DNA of 64,000 nucleotides, taken from positions 4,216,001 to 4,280,000 of the forward strand of contig CM035353.1 of NCBI GenBank assembly GCA_020137815.1, read 5' to 3'. The notes under the pieces were generated by a model. It was not told the DNA's origin. It searched no databases and saw only the letters and a program-made list of their open reading frames with translations. The DNA comes from Hormiphora californensis (lineage: Eukaryota; Animalia; Ctenophora). A program made the translations under genes and the position numbers. This document shows positions 31,285-64,000 of this stretch, one piece after another (positions within the stretch are counted from its first letter, which is position 1; each line of letters begins with the position of its first letter).

Positions 31285-32091
31285 ACAAAAATAATTAAAG
31301 TTGGAACAATTATTTCTTCCTGGTGCTACCCTTTATGAACGATTAAAACAATTTGCTCACAGCAATAAAATCAAAGGGTTAAATAATTATAACATCGTGA
31401 AATTAACAGTTCAAAATATACCATACATATTAAAATGCGAATTTTTTTCTTGGCGTAAATAACGGCTATAAGAGATAGAGACTTACCCTTTTAAAGGTCC
31501 GGTCAAGTCTGCAGATTTTACGTGCACATGTTAACTGCGAGTTGGGCGATTACACAACTTGCTCACGTTCACTTTTTCACACGTTTCTCTTCAATTGACG
31601 TGTAAAATTTAAAGGACTTCAATGGGCGTAAAAAACATTTCTGACAACATCAGAGAGAGGATAAACACATTTGCAACACTTTTCAATGTTAGCCCTCTCT
31701 CTCATCAATTAGGCCACTTTGTCGACCTCTGAGGGCTTGGAAAGTTACGTGATTCAGCGTATCACAATTAGTCAGAAAAGTGCCCTGACATATATAATTT
31801 TCTGTCGTTTCCAGGTGAAAAGTCGTAATGTGGCCAATTTGACCCAATCATGCTCAATTAGGACACTTTTTCAGCTTTGAGCACTTGCCAGAGTTGCTCA
31901 CGTGATTCAGAATAATTAGTTTCAGTTTCTACTGTCCAAGTTTGATCAAATGATCAAGTTTGATCAGTTTATGCGCACCCTAACGGAGAACCAAACATCA
32001 AAAGTATTAGCTCGGCCCTTGTATCTAAGGCACCTTGATCATCTACGCCCTTCAGTCACTAGGTTGTGGGGGGACTGTACGTGCTGCTCCC

Positions 32092-35000
32092 TCAGTCACT
32101 AGGTTGTGGGGGGACTGTACGTGCTGCTCCCTGCTGTGGGGTGGAATGATCTTCCTTTACACTCTCATCCATTTCGATCTCTTCGTGATTTTCTTGATCC
32201 TCATCATTTACAAAATGCTTCCTCATAACCATGATAATACTGCTCCATCTCTCCACCATGGCGCTTACCAAAACCGAAATCTTGTTTGAAATCCACTCCA
32301 CGATACTTTTGTAAAGATCCGTGTACAGTATGGGATTCATAACTGAGTTGAGGGGTAGTATTGCAATGGAAAATGTTGAATACCATTCTGTCATGTCTAC
32401 CACCTCGGTCGTGTGGAGGACACAACATACCAAAAAGGGGACCCAGCAAAAGAAATCAGTGAGGATTATGCTCGAAATTTTGCTCTGAAGTTGCCGGTGT
32501 CTATCCAGAGCATTTTGCGGTGCAGCGGCACTTTCTCTGCTACTTAGGATTGCAATGAACAGATGACAAACCACGACAATAACAAAACAGACGCAGTGTA
32601 TGGCAAGGCCCAAAATCCAAACAAATACTGCCTGAGGTTCACTGGGAAGGACAAAGAACTTGAAGATACACGAAGCATCATTGGCGTAAAACGACTGTTT
32701 AACTCCCTCGACCCCGGTAATTTTGCTTGTAAACATAGCTTTAACGTCCTTTCTAATGGTCTCCCAGCTCAGTCCTCGAGTTTCACGGTAAACTGACTTG
32801 GTGTTGGCATCGTTTCCAACGTATCCCTGGATAATGGCTGCGTGTTTCGCCTTATCAACAAAACCAGTGAAGAGCTTAATGTCACTAGGGTATGCTAGTC
32901 CATTTACAAACCTATCCTCAAGCTGTGGCATGAGAGGAGTACAGGCAATCAAACCAGATATTAGCACGATCCCACACTGAATTGAGTAGATCTTCCAACG
33001 AAATCGAATATCAATCTCCAACCCCCTTCGGAATTGTAATGCACGAGATGTTCCATGGAGTCGAAAACAGCTTAAAAAGGCCATTGCGAGAGATGAAATC
33101 CCACTTCCGGTCGCGGTTATGACACCAAACAATATACAGGGAATGCTTGTCAGCCATTGAAATTGCTGTGAGCAATATCCCGAGCCATAAACCAGATTTA
33201 GAACGAACATGGACACCAAGTAGACATTTGTACAGATATCTCCCAGAGTGATCAATCTTGCAAATGACTGCTGTATGAACACTCCTTGGGTTTTAGCTGG
33301 TCCAGTAAGGAAAATATCTTTGAAAAGAACATAGAGATTCAATCCCAATCCTACGCTACCAAAAACTCCAGCTACTATCGTGAGGCCATTGCTTTTTATC
33401 AGCCTTCTGGAACACTTACTGTTACACTCATCGGACAAATCATGACAATCAAACGACCCGTCACACAATTGGCTAAGAACTAAGAACTGAGAGCCACATT
33501 TAAAATTATTGGAGCAATTTCTTTCATCCGATGCATCACCACAATCATCGATGGTATCACATACCTTAGAGTAGGAGATACACTTGCCACTTTCACAAAC
33601 AAAGAAGTTGTTATGGTAGTGATTCTTTTGGGATGCCACAAGAGTAAGCGACCCTGAATCTGAGAGAGATAGAACTCGCTTCCTTATGTTTGGGCAAGAG
33701 TTGTGTAGCACTGGTCGGGTATTCAAAGGGCACTCAGCATCAGTACACAAGCCACTACATGCCATCAGTACATACTGCTCACCAAAATAAAAGCTACAGT
33801 CCTTTTGCTTAGCATCTGCAATTAGTGTCAACTCGTTTTCCTTTCCAAAGAAGCCCCCAAACTTGTGCTCTACTGTCAGAATGACACAGTTGACTCCTAG
33901 CTGCCTCGCAAGGCCTTTTAGACCCTTTAGACAGACTGGAGAGGTTTTCGTAACTCCAGAGGTAGGCAACTCAAACCTTACACCAATACTACTATGTATC
34001 TGTCGACACATCACCGCCTCGTGGCCACAACTATCGATTGTATCACAAACCTCTGCCAGCTCAACATAGTTCTCCCTTTTTTTGTCACACCACCACACCT
34101 CACTACAATTATTCTTGTGATCTCGATAACGTGTAGTGACCCCATGACCACACGTTATCCAGTGCCCCTGCCGTTCATCTATATCATCCTGACAATCAAA
34201 ATCGTCATCCAAAATCCACTGGAATGGTATCCTTAGGAATCCTCGGTGGAAGTTAAACCTTCGGACACACTTCTTTGCAGAGAGCAAGCATCTCTGTTCG
34301 TCTGCCCCTGCTAAACAATCATCAACCCCATCACAAACAAAGTGTTTGTGTACCCTACAAAACAGGCCTACTTCAAGACACCGCGAATCAAGGCCATCAT
34401 CACATAAAACAACAATATGTTTTGGGTTACAGAATCCATTCGAGGAGATAGTGGCGGGGTATTTATCAACAAGACACGAGCCAGCGACGCGGCTCGGATC
34501 ACTACAATTCGTTTGATCTAAACCATTAATACAGTACGGAGCCACTGTCTCTTGCTGTTCGTTATCAACTTCAAAAGGAAAACACCGTGTCGCATTGTAC
34601 AAGGGAAAGTAATAGTCATTACCCCCACAATTAGTCTCAAACAAAGAGGGTGGCGCATCATAACACAAATCAGAGAATGGGTTCGGGAACATCGATTCAT
34701 TTTTGCACATGAACCCGTACTTTAGACCATTGCAATGAAGCTCATCATAACATGGGTTACGAGGGTTATTAAAGTGGCTTGGCCCAAAGCCTGATAATGG
34801 TACGTTACAGATTTTATTGCAGATGTCTCCCGCCTGATAAGTGAATTTCCGGTTTCCCCAAACAACTTCCGTCACCTCCATTTCAGCTCCCCCGTTGTTA
34901 CAGTTACTGGGATTCTTCACCTGCAACAAATAGAAACACGTTGGTTTACAAACAAATGTTTCGATCTTGCAATCTCATCAGTGTAATTGATTACACTGAT

Positions 35001-36060
35001 GAGATCGCAAGATCGAAACATTTGTTTGTAAACCAACGTGTTTCTATTTGTTGTACTATCTGCTCTCGGTTCCACGCCGATAGAGCTCTCTTGTGGCCTA
35101 CTGAAACAACCATATTGGATTCTTCACCTGCTGGTATTTCCCCGGATAATCAACACTTGTGCACCATCCACCACACTGTGGAAATGCTATCCTGTATATC
35201 CATGACGGCCTTCCTAATTGCAACAGTCAAACACCCCTGAAAATAGTCATCAATTAATCGACATGTCTGAAAAAAAGTTTTTCCACGGCAAACTGCCCGG
35301 TAATAAAGTGCTCCAGAAATTCCGATAACTCGGATAAACATGCATCATTGAAACAGTATGATGTAGACAGCAGGAACCGACCGAATCAGGAAATACTGAT
35401 CCCTGATTGGCTGATAACCAGTCACGTGACCTAAATAACGAGTTCTGATTGGTTGTTTACTTGTTTCGGTCGGTTCCTGGTAGACAGATCTATCACATGA
35501 CTAACCTGGTAGATATAAGTGTCGTTGGAGCAAGTAGTGTTCACTAAAACTATTAAGGTCCTGTGAATCTTGTCAACTTTGTGAGAAACCTGAATTTAAT
35601 TAAAAATTAGGTATGTTTAAGAATGGATTATTTTAAAGCAACGTTGAACGTTGCAAAAAAAACAACATACCATGTAGCGTTGGTTAGAATATTCACACTG
35701 AAGCAACACGTCCCAACTCGCCGAGCCAGTTTCACAAACCCGCTTTAGAAATCCGTTGTGATCTTTTATGGGACACGCGTCCAGCAAGGGTTGACTTGTA
35801 GTGTCACCCCGGTGTTCCTCGTTCAGCAAGGGTTGACTTGTAGTGTCACCCCGGTGTACCTTGTTCAGCAAGGGTTGACTTGTAGTGTCACCCCGGTGTA
35901 CCTTGTCCAGCAAGGGTTGACTTGTAGTGTCACCCCGGTGTACCTTGTCCAGCAAGGGTTGGCTTGTAGTGTCACCCCGGTGTACCTTGTTCAGTTGTGT
36001 TGTATCCGGGATGAGGGTGGGTGATACTACATGAGATAGCATCACCCACACGAGATACAT
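32092..36060 (-). CDS. LDLa-repeat rhodopsin-class GPCR (GRL101-like, no LRRs); exons 35671-36060, 35506-35589, 35128-35236, 32092-34920
   Basis: Signal peptide MYLVWVMLSHVVS; many CDGxxDCxxxxDE LDLa motifs; 7 hydrophobic helices with IILTDFFCWVPF and ILPLNSVMNPILY; one apparent +1 indel near 35192. Confidence 0.88.
34924..35053. repeat. 130-bp near-perfect palindrome inside GPCR intron 3
   Basis: CAACAAATAGAAACACG...GTGTAAT-TG-ATTACAC...CGTGTTTCTATTTGTTG, one mismatch seen. Confidence 0.9.
35371..35479 (+). mobile_element. 109-bp hAT mini-MITE, copy 2
   Basis: Same sequence as 26053-26161; TSD GTAGACAG. Confidence 0.9.
35780..35992 (-). repeat. 42-bp coding tandem repeat (LDKVHRGDTTSQPL x5)
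   Basis: In frame within GPCR exon 1. Confidence 0.85.
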
Positions 36061-36197
36061 TGTCTGCAATAGTCGCGAGATCAGATGGAAAACATATTTC
36101 ACCAAAAAGTATGCTACTCGACCGGTATGATATGATGCCTTTGTTCTCTAAGTAGAGCACGTGTTGTGATCACGTGACTCGTGAGATGCATCTGATG

Positions 36198-36306
36198 CAG
36201 GAACCGACCGAAACAAGTAAACAACCAATCAGAACTCGTTATTTAGGTCACGTGACTGGTTATCAGCCAATCAGGGACCAGTATTTCCTGATTCGGTCGG
36301 TTCCTG
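36198..36306 (-). mobile_element. 109-bp hAT mini-MITE, copy 3, ~140 bp upstream of the GPCR ATG
   Basis: Reverse-complement copy; TSD ATCTGATG. Confidence 0.9.
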
Positions 36307-36475
36307 ATCTGATGTAACACCAACATGGTAGCTTAGAATACCCTGCACATACAATCACTTGTAACTTTTAACGAGCCCTTCAAATTTATATCGATATAGA
36401 CTGCGGTAGGATGATTCGACTCCGGTTCTTGAACCGAACTTGTCCAGTATTTGGATGTGAAACGACCGTACTTAA

Positions 36476-36690
36476 AGGTAAACCAAAAATACTATGGCCC
36501 TTGGGCCTTGCTGCACGCGACCGGAGTTTAGACGGCCATAGCTCCACCCCCTGATAAGATAGAGAAGGAGATCATGTCGAGTTCTTCCTACAAAACAAAT
36601 TTCAAGTCTTTATCTCATAATGGAGTGGAGTTATGACCGTGGGAAATTTCACAAAACCCAAGTGAGGGCCATAGTAGTTTGGGTTTACCT
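36476..36690. mobile_element. Small Kolobok-like MITE
   Basis: TTAA|AGGTAAACCAAAAATACTATGGCCC ... GGGCCATAGTAGTTTGGGTTTACCT|TTAG. Confidence 0.6.
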
Positions 36691-36741
36691 TTAGTATGGT
36701 TGTTTCATAACCAGGGAAAGAAAAAAATTGATTCAGCTTAA

Positions 36742-38130
36742 GGGTACGCTAACCAAAAATTTTTTTCGAGTGCAGGGAAATCTCTCACCGTAGGGTTGTA
36801 GGCCATGCCAAGGAGACCTCAAATATGCAATTTTAGCCCTTAAGTCGAATTCATATTTTTGCTACAGCTGTTTAAGAAATGTCATGTAAATACGTTTTTG
36901 GCATCCCAAAAAATTTTTTTTAAAGATAGGAGCATGAAAATTTGGGGATTTGAAGAGGACATGAAGGTGAATAACCACAAAAAATTTTTTTGCAATCCGA
37001 GCTGATTTCCGGTCCTGAGATGGATTTCTTTTTTTCCACTTTAACGCCCTATTTGGCAAAGTTCCGAAAACATGTGAAAGCTGTAAATTGGTGAAAAGTT
37101 GCGTCTAACGATTATCTAAGTGGCCATAAAGTTTGGGCGTGTCCTTATTTGAGACAAGCTGTACAGAGTTTTTTTTGTGAAAGCCGTCATTTCAGAAATA
37201 AATAAATTCCCTGTATCTCAAAAACGGCTGATCGTAGAGACCTGAGACTATGCTTAAACGATTCAGAAGGTCCGATTTTGGGGGGGTCTTCTGAGAGACA
37301 TTTTGCTCCTACTTCAACCGTTTTTGCTGTAATTGCGAAAAACAAAAACCCATCTTCGCCATCGTGGATTTTTTTGATTTTGTTTTTGGTGATTATAGGG
37401 ACCCATATGGACCAAATAGTGAAGGAATTAGCTTGTTACACATTTTTCCATAGTTCCGGTCCTTTCTTAGCCAAAATTCCCTAATTACAGGATATTGGAG
37501 TTTAGCTTTTGCCCTTTTCATAGAATTTGTTTTTCGCAATTACAGCAAAAACGGTTGAAGTAGGAGCAAAATGTCTCTCAGAAGACCCCCCCAAAATCGG
37601 ACCTTCTGAATCGTTTAAGCATAGTCTCAGGTCTCTACGATCAGCCGTTTTTGAGATACAGGGAATTTATTTATTTCTGAAATGACGGCTTTCACAAAAA
37701 AAACTCTGTACAGCTTGTCTCAAATAAGGACACGCCCAAAATTTATGGCCACTTAGATAATCGTTAGACGCAACTTTTCACCAATTTACAGCTTTCACAT
37801 GTTTTCGGAACTTTGCCAAATAGGGCGTTAAAGTGGAAAAAAAGAAATCCATCTCAGGACCGGAAATCAGCTCGGATTGCAAAAAAATTTTTTGTGGTTA
37901 TTCACCTTCATGTCCTCTTCAAATCCCCAAATTTTCATGCTCCTATCTTTAAAAAAATATTTTTGAGATGCCAAAAACGTATTTACATGACATTTTTTAA
38001 ACAGCTGTAGCAAAAATATGAATTCGACTTAAGGGCTAAAATTGCATATTTGAGGTCTCCTTGGTATGGCCTACAACCCTACGGTGAGAGATTTCCCTGC
38101 ACTCGAAAAAATTTTTTGGTTAGCGTACCC
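36742..38130. mobile_element. 1.4-kb foldback element, Kolobok-like
   Basis: TTAA TSD, termini GGGTACGCTAACC, ~600-bp near-identical inverted arms (duplicate 65-aa ORFs on opposite strands). Confidence 0.85.
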
Positions 38131-38822
38131 TTAATACCCCCCCCCCCCCAAAAAAAGAAAGTGTGAAACCCGGCTTTACTTGTTTTGGTACATAATATAT
38201 TTTAGGATCACTGTTGCCTACCGATTCGACGCGACACTTCAAAATTATAATAGAGACTTTTCAGGCGTCACTGTTAGAGCCAAGTCCCTGTTTCCTGCTG
38301 CCGTTAGAGGAGGCACCCCTTGAGTGTTCCATTTCTATGATGCTGTTTATTCAAAGTAAGTGTAACATTTAGAGTTGCAGTATGTGTGAGTGTAATTATT
38401 GTGTGTTACTGTTTTGTAATTGTAGTGTGTGACTGTTTGAACTGTCCCGGGGATCGAATTAGTGTTCCACACCGTTTACACTGGTACTCTTTCTATAGGT
38501 CTTGGTCTTGGTTTGTCTGCCGGTCTGACCTCTTCTTCTACACTTCAAGAAGCCTACTCACGGGCTGAAAAGACGAAGGAAATGATAAGCCGAGAGCCTG
38601 AGATGGTCTGAGATGGCCCCGTCCCGCAATTATTGACACTGTGTTGTGACGCGCGAGAGGGGTGCTATGTGTAAACTAGAGTTATTTTCGCGCGCGCCCT
38701 CTCTTCGCCTCGTTTTTGTTTGTGTGAAATGGAGTTTTTATTTGGTATTTTGAGAATTTGACTACAAAATTGATTTTACTTAGAATATGTTTATGCTAAA
38801 GAATTGATCTCTTCTTAGCACA

Positions 38823-39548
38823 ATGTTGTCGGACCAAGGGCTAACTCTTGGGGAAATGATGCAGTTAAGGGAGACTATAGGTGAGTTTGTAATCAACTTA
38901 AACCAGCAGCTCTCCCAAACCAATCTCTATGACACGTAAATTACAATCCTAATTAACACCTTATCCCCGTACAGGCACTAAAAAGTTTGATAAAATAACA
39001 ACGAAAACGGGAACAGCTGCACCTCCCAGGGATTTCAAGAGATCGAACAAACGACACCCTAGGGAAATGAGCTCCAAAAAGAAAGTATCACTAATCAGAC
39101 GAGGCGAGAGCAGCAGCGGTACTCGACCGGTAACCAGAGACCCGAGATTCGATGGACTGTCGGGAGAATTCGACGAGACAACATTTCAAAGTTCGTACGG
39201 GTTTCTTTCTGAGATGAGGGCTGATGAGAAAGAGAAGCTGCAGAAGGATTTGAAGGGGTGTAAAACTGAGGGAGAGAGAAACAAACTGGTAAAGGTTATC
39301 AACCGGCTTAATACCACGGAACAGACTCAGAAGTTGAAGGAGGAGAGGCAGATGTTAAAGGCAGAGAGTAGAAAGAAGGCGCTGGCAGGAGTCAAAGAGG
39401 GAAGAACCCTTACTTTGAGAAGAAGGGAGAGTTGAGAAAGAAGGAACTGAAGAGAAAGTTTACTGAACTGAAGAAAGAAGGAAAAGTTGACAAATATATG
39501 GCCAAGAGGAGAAAGAAGAACATTCAAAAGGATAGGAAAGGTCTTTGA
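38823..39548 (+). CDS. RRP36: Ribosomal RNA processing protein 36 homolog; exons 38823-38880, 38975-39548
   Basis: KRSNKRHPREMSSKKKVS...RDPRFDGLSGEFD...SYGFL...GKNPYFEKK...KVDKYMAKRRKKN; one apparent 1-nt deletion near 39400. Confidence 0.9.
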
Positions 39549-40030
39549 AACTACATCTTTTTTATTTAATATAAGTGTAAATTTGACTCAAATTGTGATG
39601 ATGTGTGTTTTGTGTGTGAGGAACGTTTACTTCGTGTTTATGTTTGGCAGTTTTGAAGTTGCAGTATTACTCTAGCATTGCTGATATGATGCAAAAAGGT
39701 GACTAAACTGTTATTGTTAAGGGAAGGCCTAGAGTATTAATTTGGGTTTAATTTATTAGTTTCCAGTTATTTAATCATTGTGTCATGAATTTCTCTATCT
39801 AATTGACAGAAACAATCCAGTCACTCATCAAATTGGAACTGATTAGATCTCGTGCCTATAAATTTGCACGCGCAAATATTGCGCCGCGTTAAAAAAATTG
39901 AAGACGCGCGCGCAAATAGATTTGATTGGGCTCATCAATAAATTCAATCCCGAAATTTTGAATTTCTGGTCACGATTTTTTTGAAAATCTGTCATTTCTC
40001 GTTTCTTCGCAACTGAACCAGGCACCAGCG

Positions 40031-41609
40031 ATGGCAGAAAAAGACGAAGCTCCCCCACCATGCAACAATATAATGTACCTTCCGCGTCCTCATTGGAAGG
40101 TTAATATCCCACCCGTCACCGCCGAGGAATGGATCGAATCACAGGGGTTTGGTGACTGGCCTCTACCTCCTTCCCAAATGAATCTTACTGATGTCCGTAC
40201 TCAGTTTCCAGACCTTTTTAGTTCAGAAGAAGAGACACTAGAGATGTTTGTCAAAGGTATCGAGATTGATACAGAACCTTATGATATCGTCGAAGATCAG
40301 ATCAAAAGTTTGGAAGACAGAGTCGCCGAATACAGTGAGATGTTGCTCGAGGCGAGAGAAAGGAAGGCTGGTCCATTTGGTATTACCTGTGTTCCAAATG
40401 AGTATCAAATAGGAACAGGTGATGCAAACCTTGAAATTGTGAAAAATGTACAGGTGAGAAAGCCTCAACAAGTCCAGGAATCAGGACAGGGCGGAGGGAG
40501 AGCGGGGATTATTCAGTATGCGTTGTTCCCTGGATTTGATGAATGGGAACTGACCCCCTTACCTCGACAAATAGAGGCGCCACATATTCTTAACAAAGTA
40601 ACACAGGGATTCCATTTTGATATTAGTTGGATGAAGGTATGGAAAAAATACTTTCTGTCTCAGGGGTCTGCAGCCTATCCTACAGGATATTTTTTGGTGG
40701 GTTTTAATGGAGAAATTCGTTCAAAACAGACCGGAGCAAGATAAGTTGTTCAGCAGGATTTCGGACAGTTATGTTTCGTTGTTCCTTAGCATTGGAGAGG
40801 CCCACAAGGACTTCATCCTCACCCATTATCCATCTGCTCTCGCCCAGGGTCTATACAGCACATTTTGTAATGTCTACACCAACTCTCTCAAGCATTTCGA
40901 TGATGACTTCAAAACGTTTTTGTGTAACTTGTGTTCTGAATGGATTTGCGGCAGCACACCGACCCCTCACACGTGGAGAAAGTGGCCCCTACACCTACTA
41001 GAGCCAAGTAGCTCGACAAAGGACGACGATGAGAAAATTCAGGCCGGGATAAAGATTCACGCTCAGGAGTCTGTGGAGGAGAAACCCGTGACTCCCCTAT
41101 TTAACGAAACTAAAACTGTCGTGGAATCTCATCCTGCTGGGTCGGGACCCTCCTTCCAGAGAGTCCAATTCAACATCTTTGGAAGGAGCCCCCTCGTGTC
41201 ACATTACATGAAAACACGTAACCTTGGTTTCGATACGTTAGCACCTAAACTTGTATCCCGAACACAGATAGAGAACGTTGGGGCGGAGGAGCCAACATAC
41301 AGGCAAATCATATCACAGGCTAAAAAGGTGTACAAGAATCTTGAGGCACAGCACGCTAGGGCGATGAGCTTGAGTGAGAGTAACGCTGCCAAGATCAGAC
41401 GGAGATACAGGGAAGAGATTGTGGAGTTGGCGGTTATCCAGAAGGAGTTGATGAAGAGAAAGAACGAAGTTAGAGTTTTGAGTGAGAAATTAATTGATTA
41501 TCAGAACAGTGAGGTTTATAATCAACCGGGGTCGTTCAATAACATTTTCGAGCCGTATAGTGTCATATTCAAAGCACAAATCGAGGAGGAAAAAAAGAAG
41601 ATTAAATAA
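40031..41609 (+). CDS. FAM227-family protein (FWWh domain), intronless
   Basis: Two overlapping ORFs joined by removing one base at ~40676 give SAAILQDIFWWVLMEKF...QDKLFSRISDSYVSLF...YPSALAQGLY...FNIFGRSPLVSHYM. Confidence 0.8.
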
Positions 41610-41730
41610 ACCTGTAAATGATGATTTTAGAAAAACGTTTTATAAGAATTTGCAATTTAACTCGTTTGTACACTTAAACTTGTATTCTCAATCATTTTAT
41701 CGTGTATAGCTCCTCCAACCGCAATGCTTC

Positions 41731-63843
<22,113 letters not shown>

Positions 63844-63915
63844 GTTAGTAAGGCCAGATCTTTTTCAAGCCATCATTTTGAGCTTTCTTCTAGCTATTAG
63901 GCTACTTTTTAGTTA

Positions 63916-64000
63916 CCTTACTCTCGTTTTTTAAGAAACGCTTTAGTAAGAAACTATTTTATAAGAAACTTTTCAAATGTAAATCACACAATTCAGAGAC
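63916..64000. mobile_element. 5' part of the TA-MITE family seen at 10657-10897
   Basis: TA|CCTTACTCTCGTTTTTTAAGAAACGCTTTAGTAAG, near-identical. Confidence 0.8.

Overview
Gene-dense, intron-rich animal genomic DNA, most likely from a ctenophore (inferred from short introns, antisense nested genes, LDLa-GPCRs and the domain repertoire; not provable from this window). Recognisable genes: a cytosolic sulfotransferase (-), SF3B3 (+), an NDRG-family alpha/beta-hydrolase-fold gene (+), two LDLa-repeat 7TM GPCRs plus a truncated paralog (-), RRP36 (+), a FAM227-like gene (+), a long TPR gene (TTC6-like, +) and a GALNT-like pseudoenzyme (-). Three large introns host antisense genes, including two tandem secreted-protein genes built from an unrecognised ~135-aa exon-bounded domain plus sushi domains. 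About 20 non-autonomous DNA transposons are present (TA, TTAA, 4-, 7- and 8-bp TSD classes, Helitrons, Helentron-like elements), with no transposase gene seen. The most unusual pattern is repeated tandem amplification of the splice junctions themselves: arrays of up to ~25 AG|GT donors or 9 complete acceptors in four genes, plus an apparently new intron bounded by a 15-bp direct repeat. Single-base indels in essential genes point to assembly errors. Exon coordinates were read by eye and may be off by a few bases.
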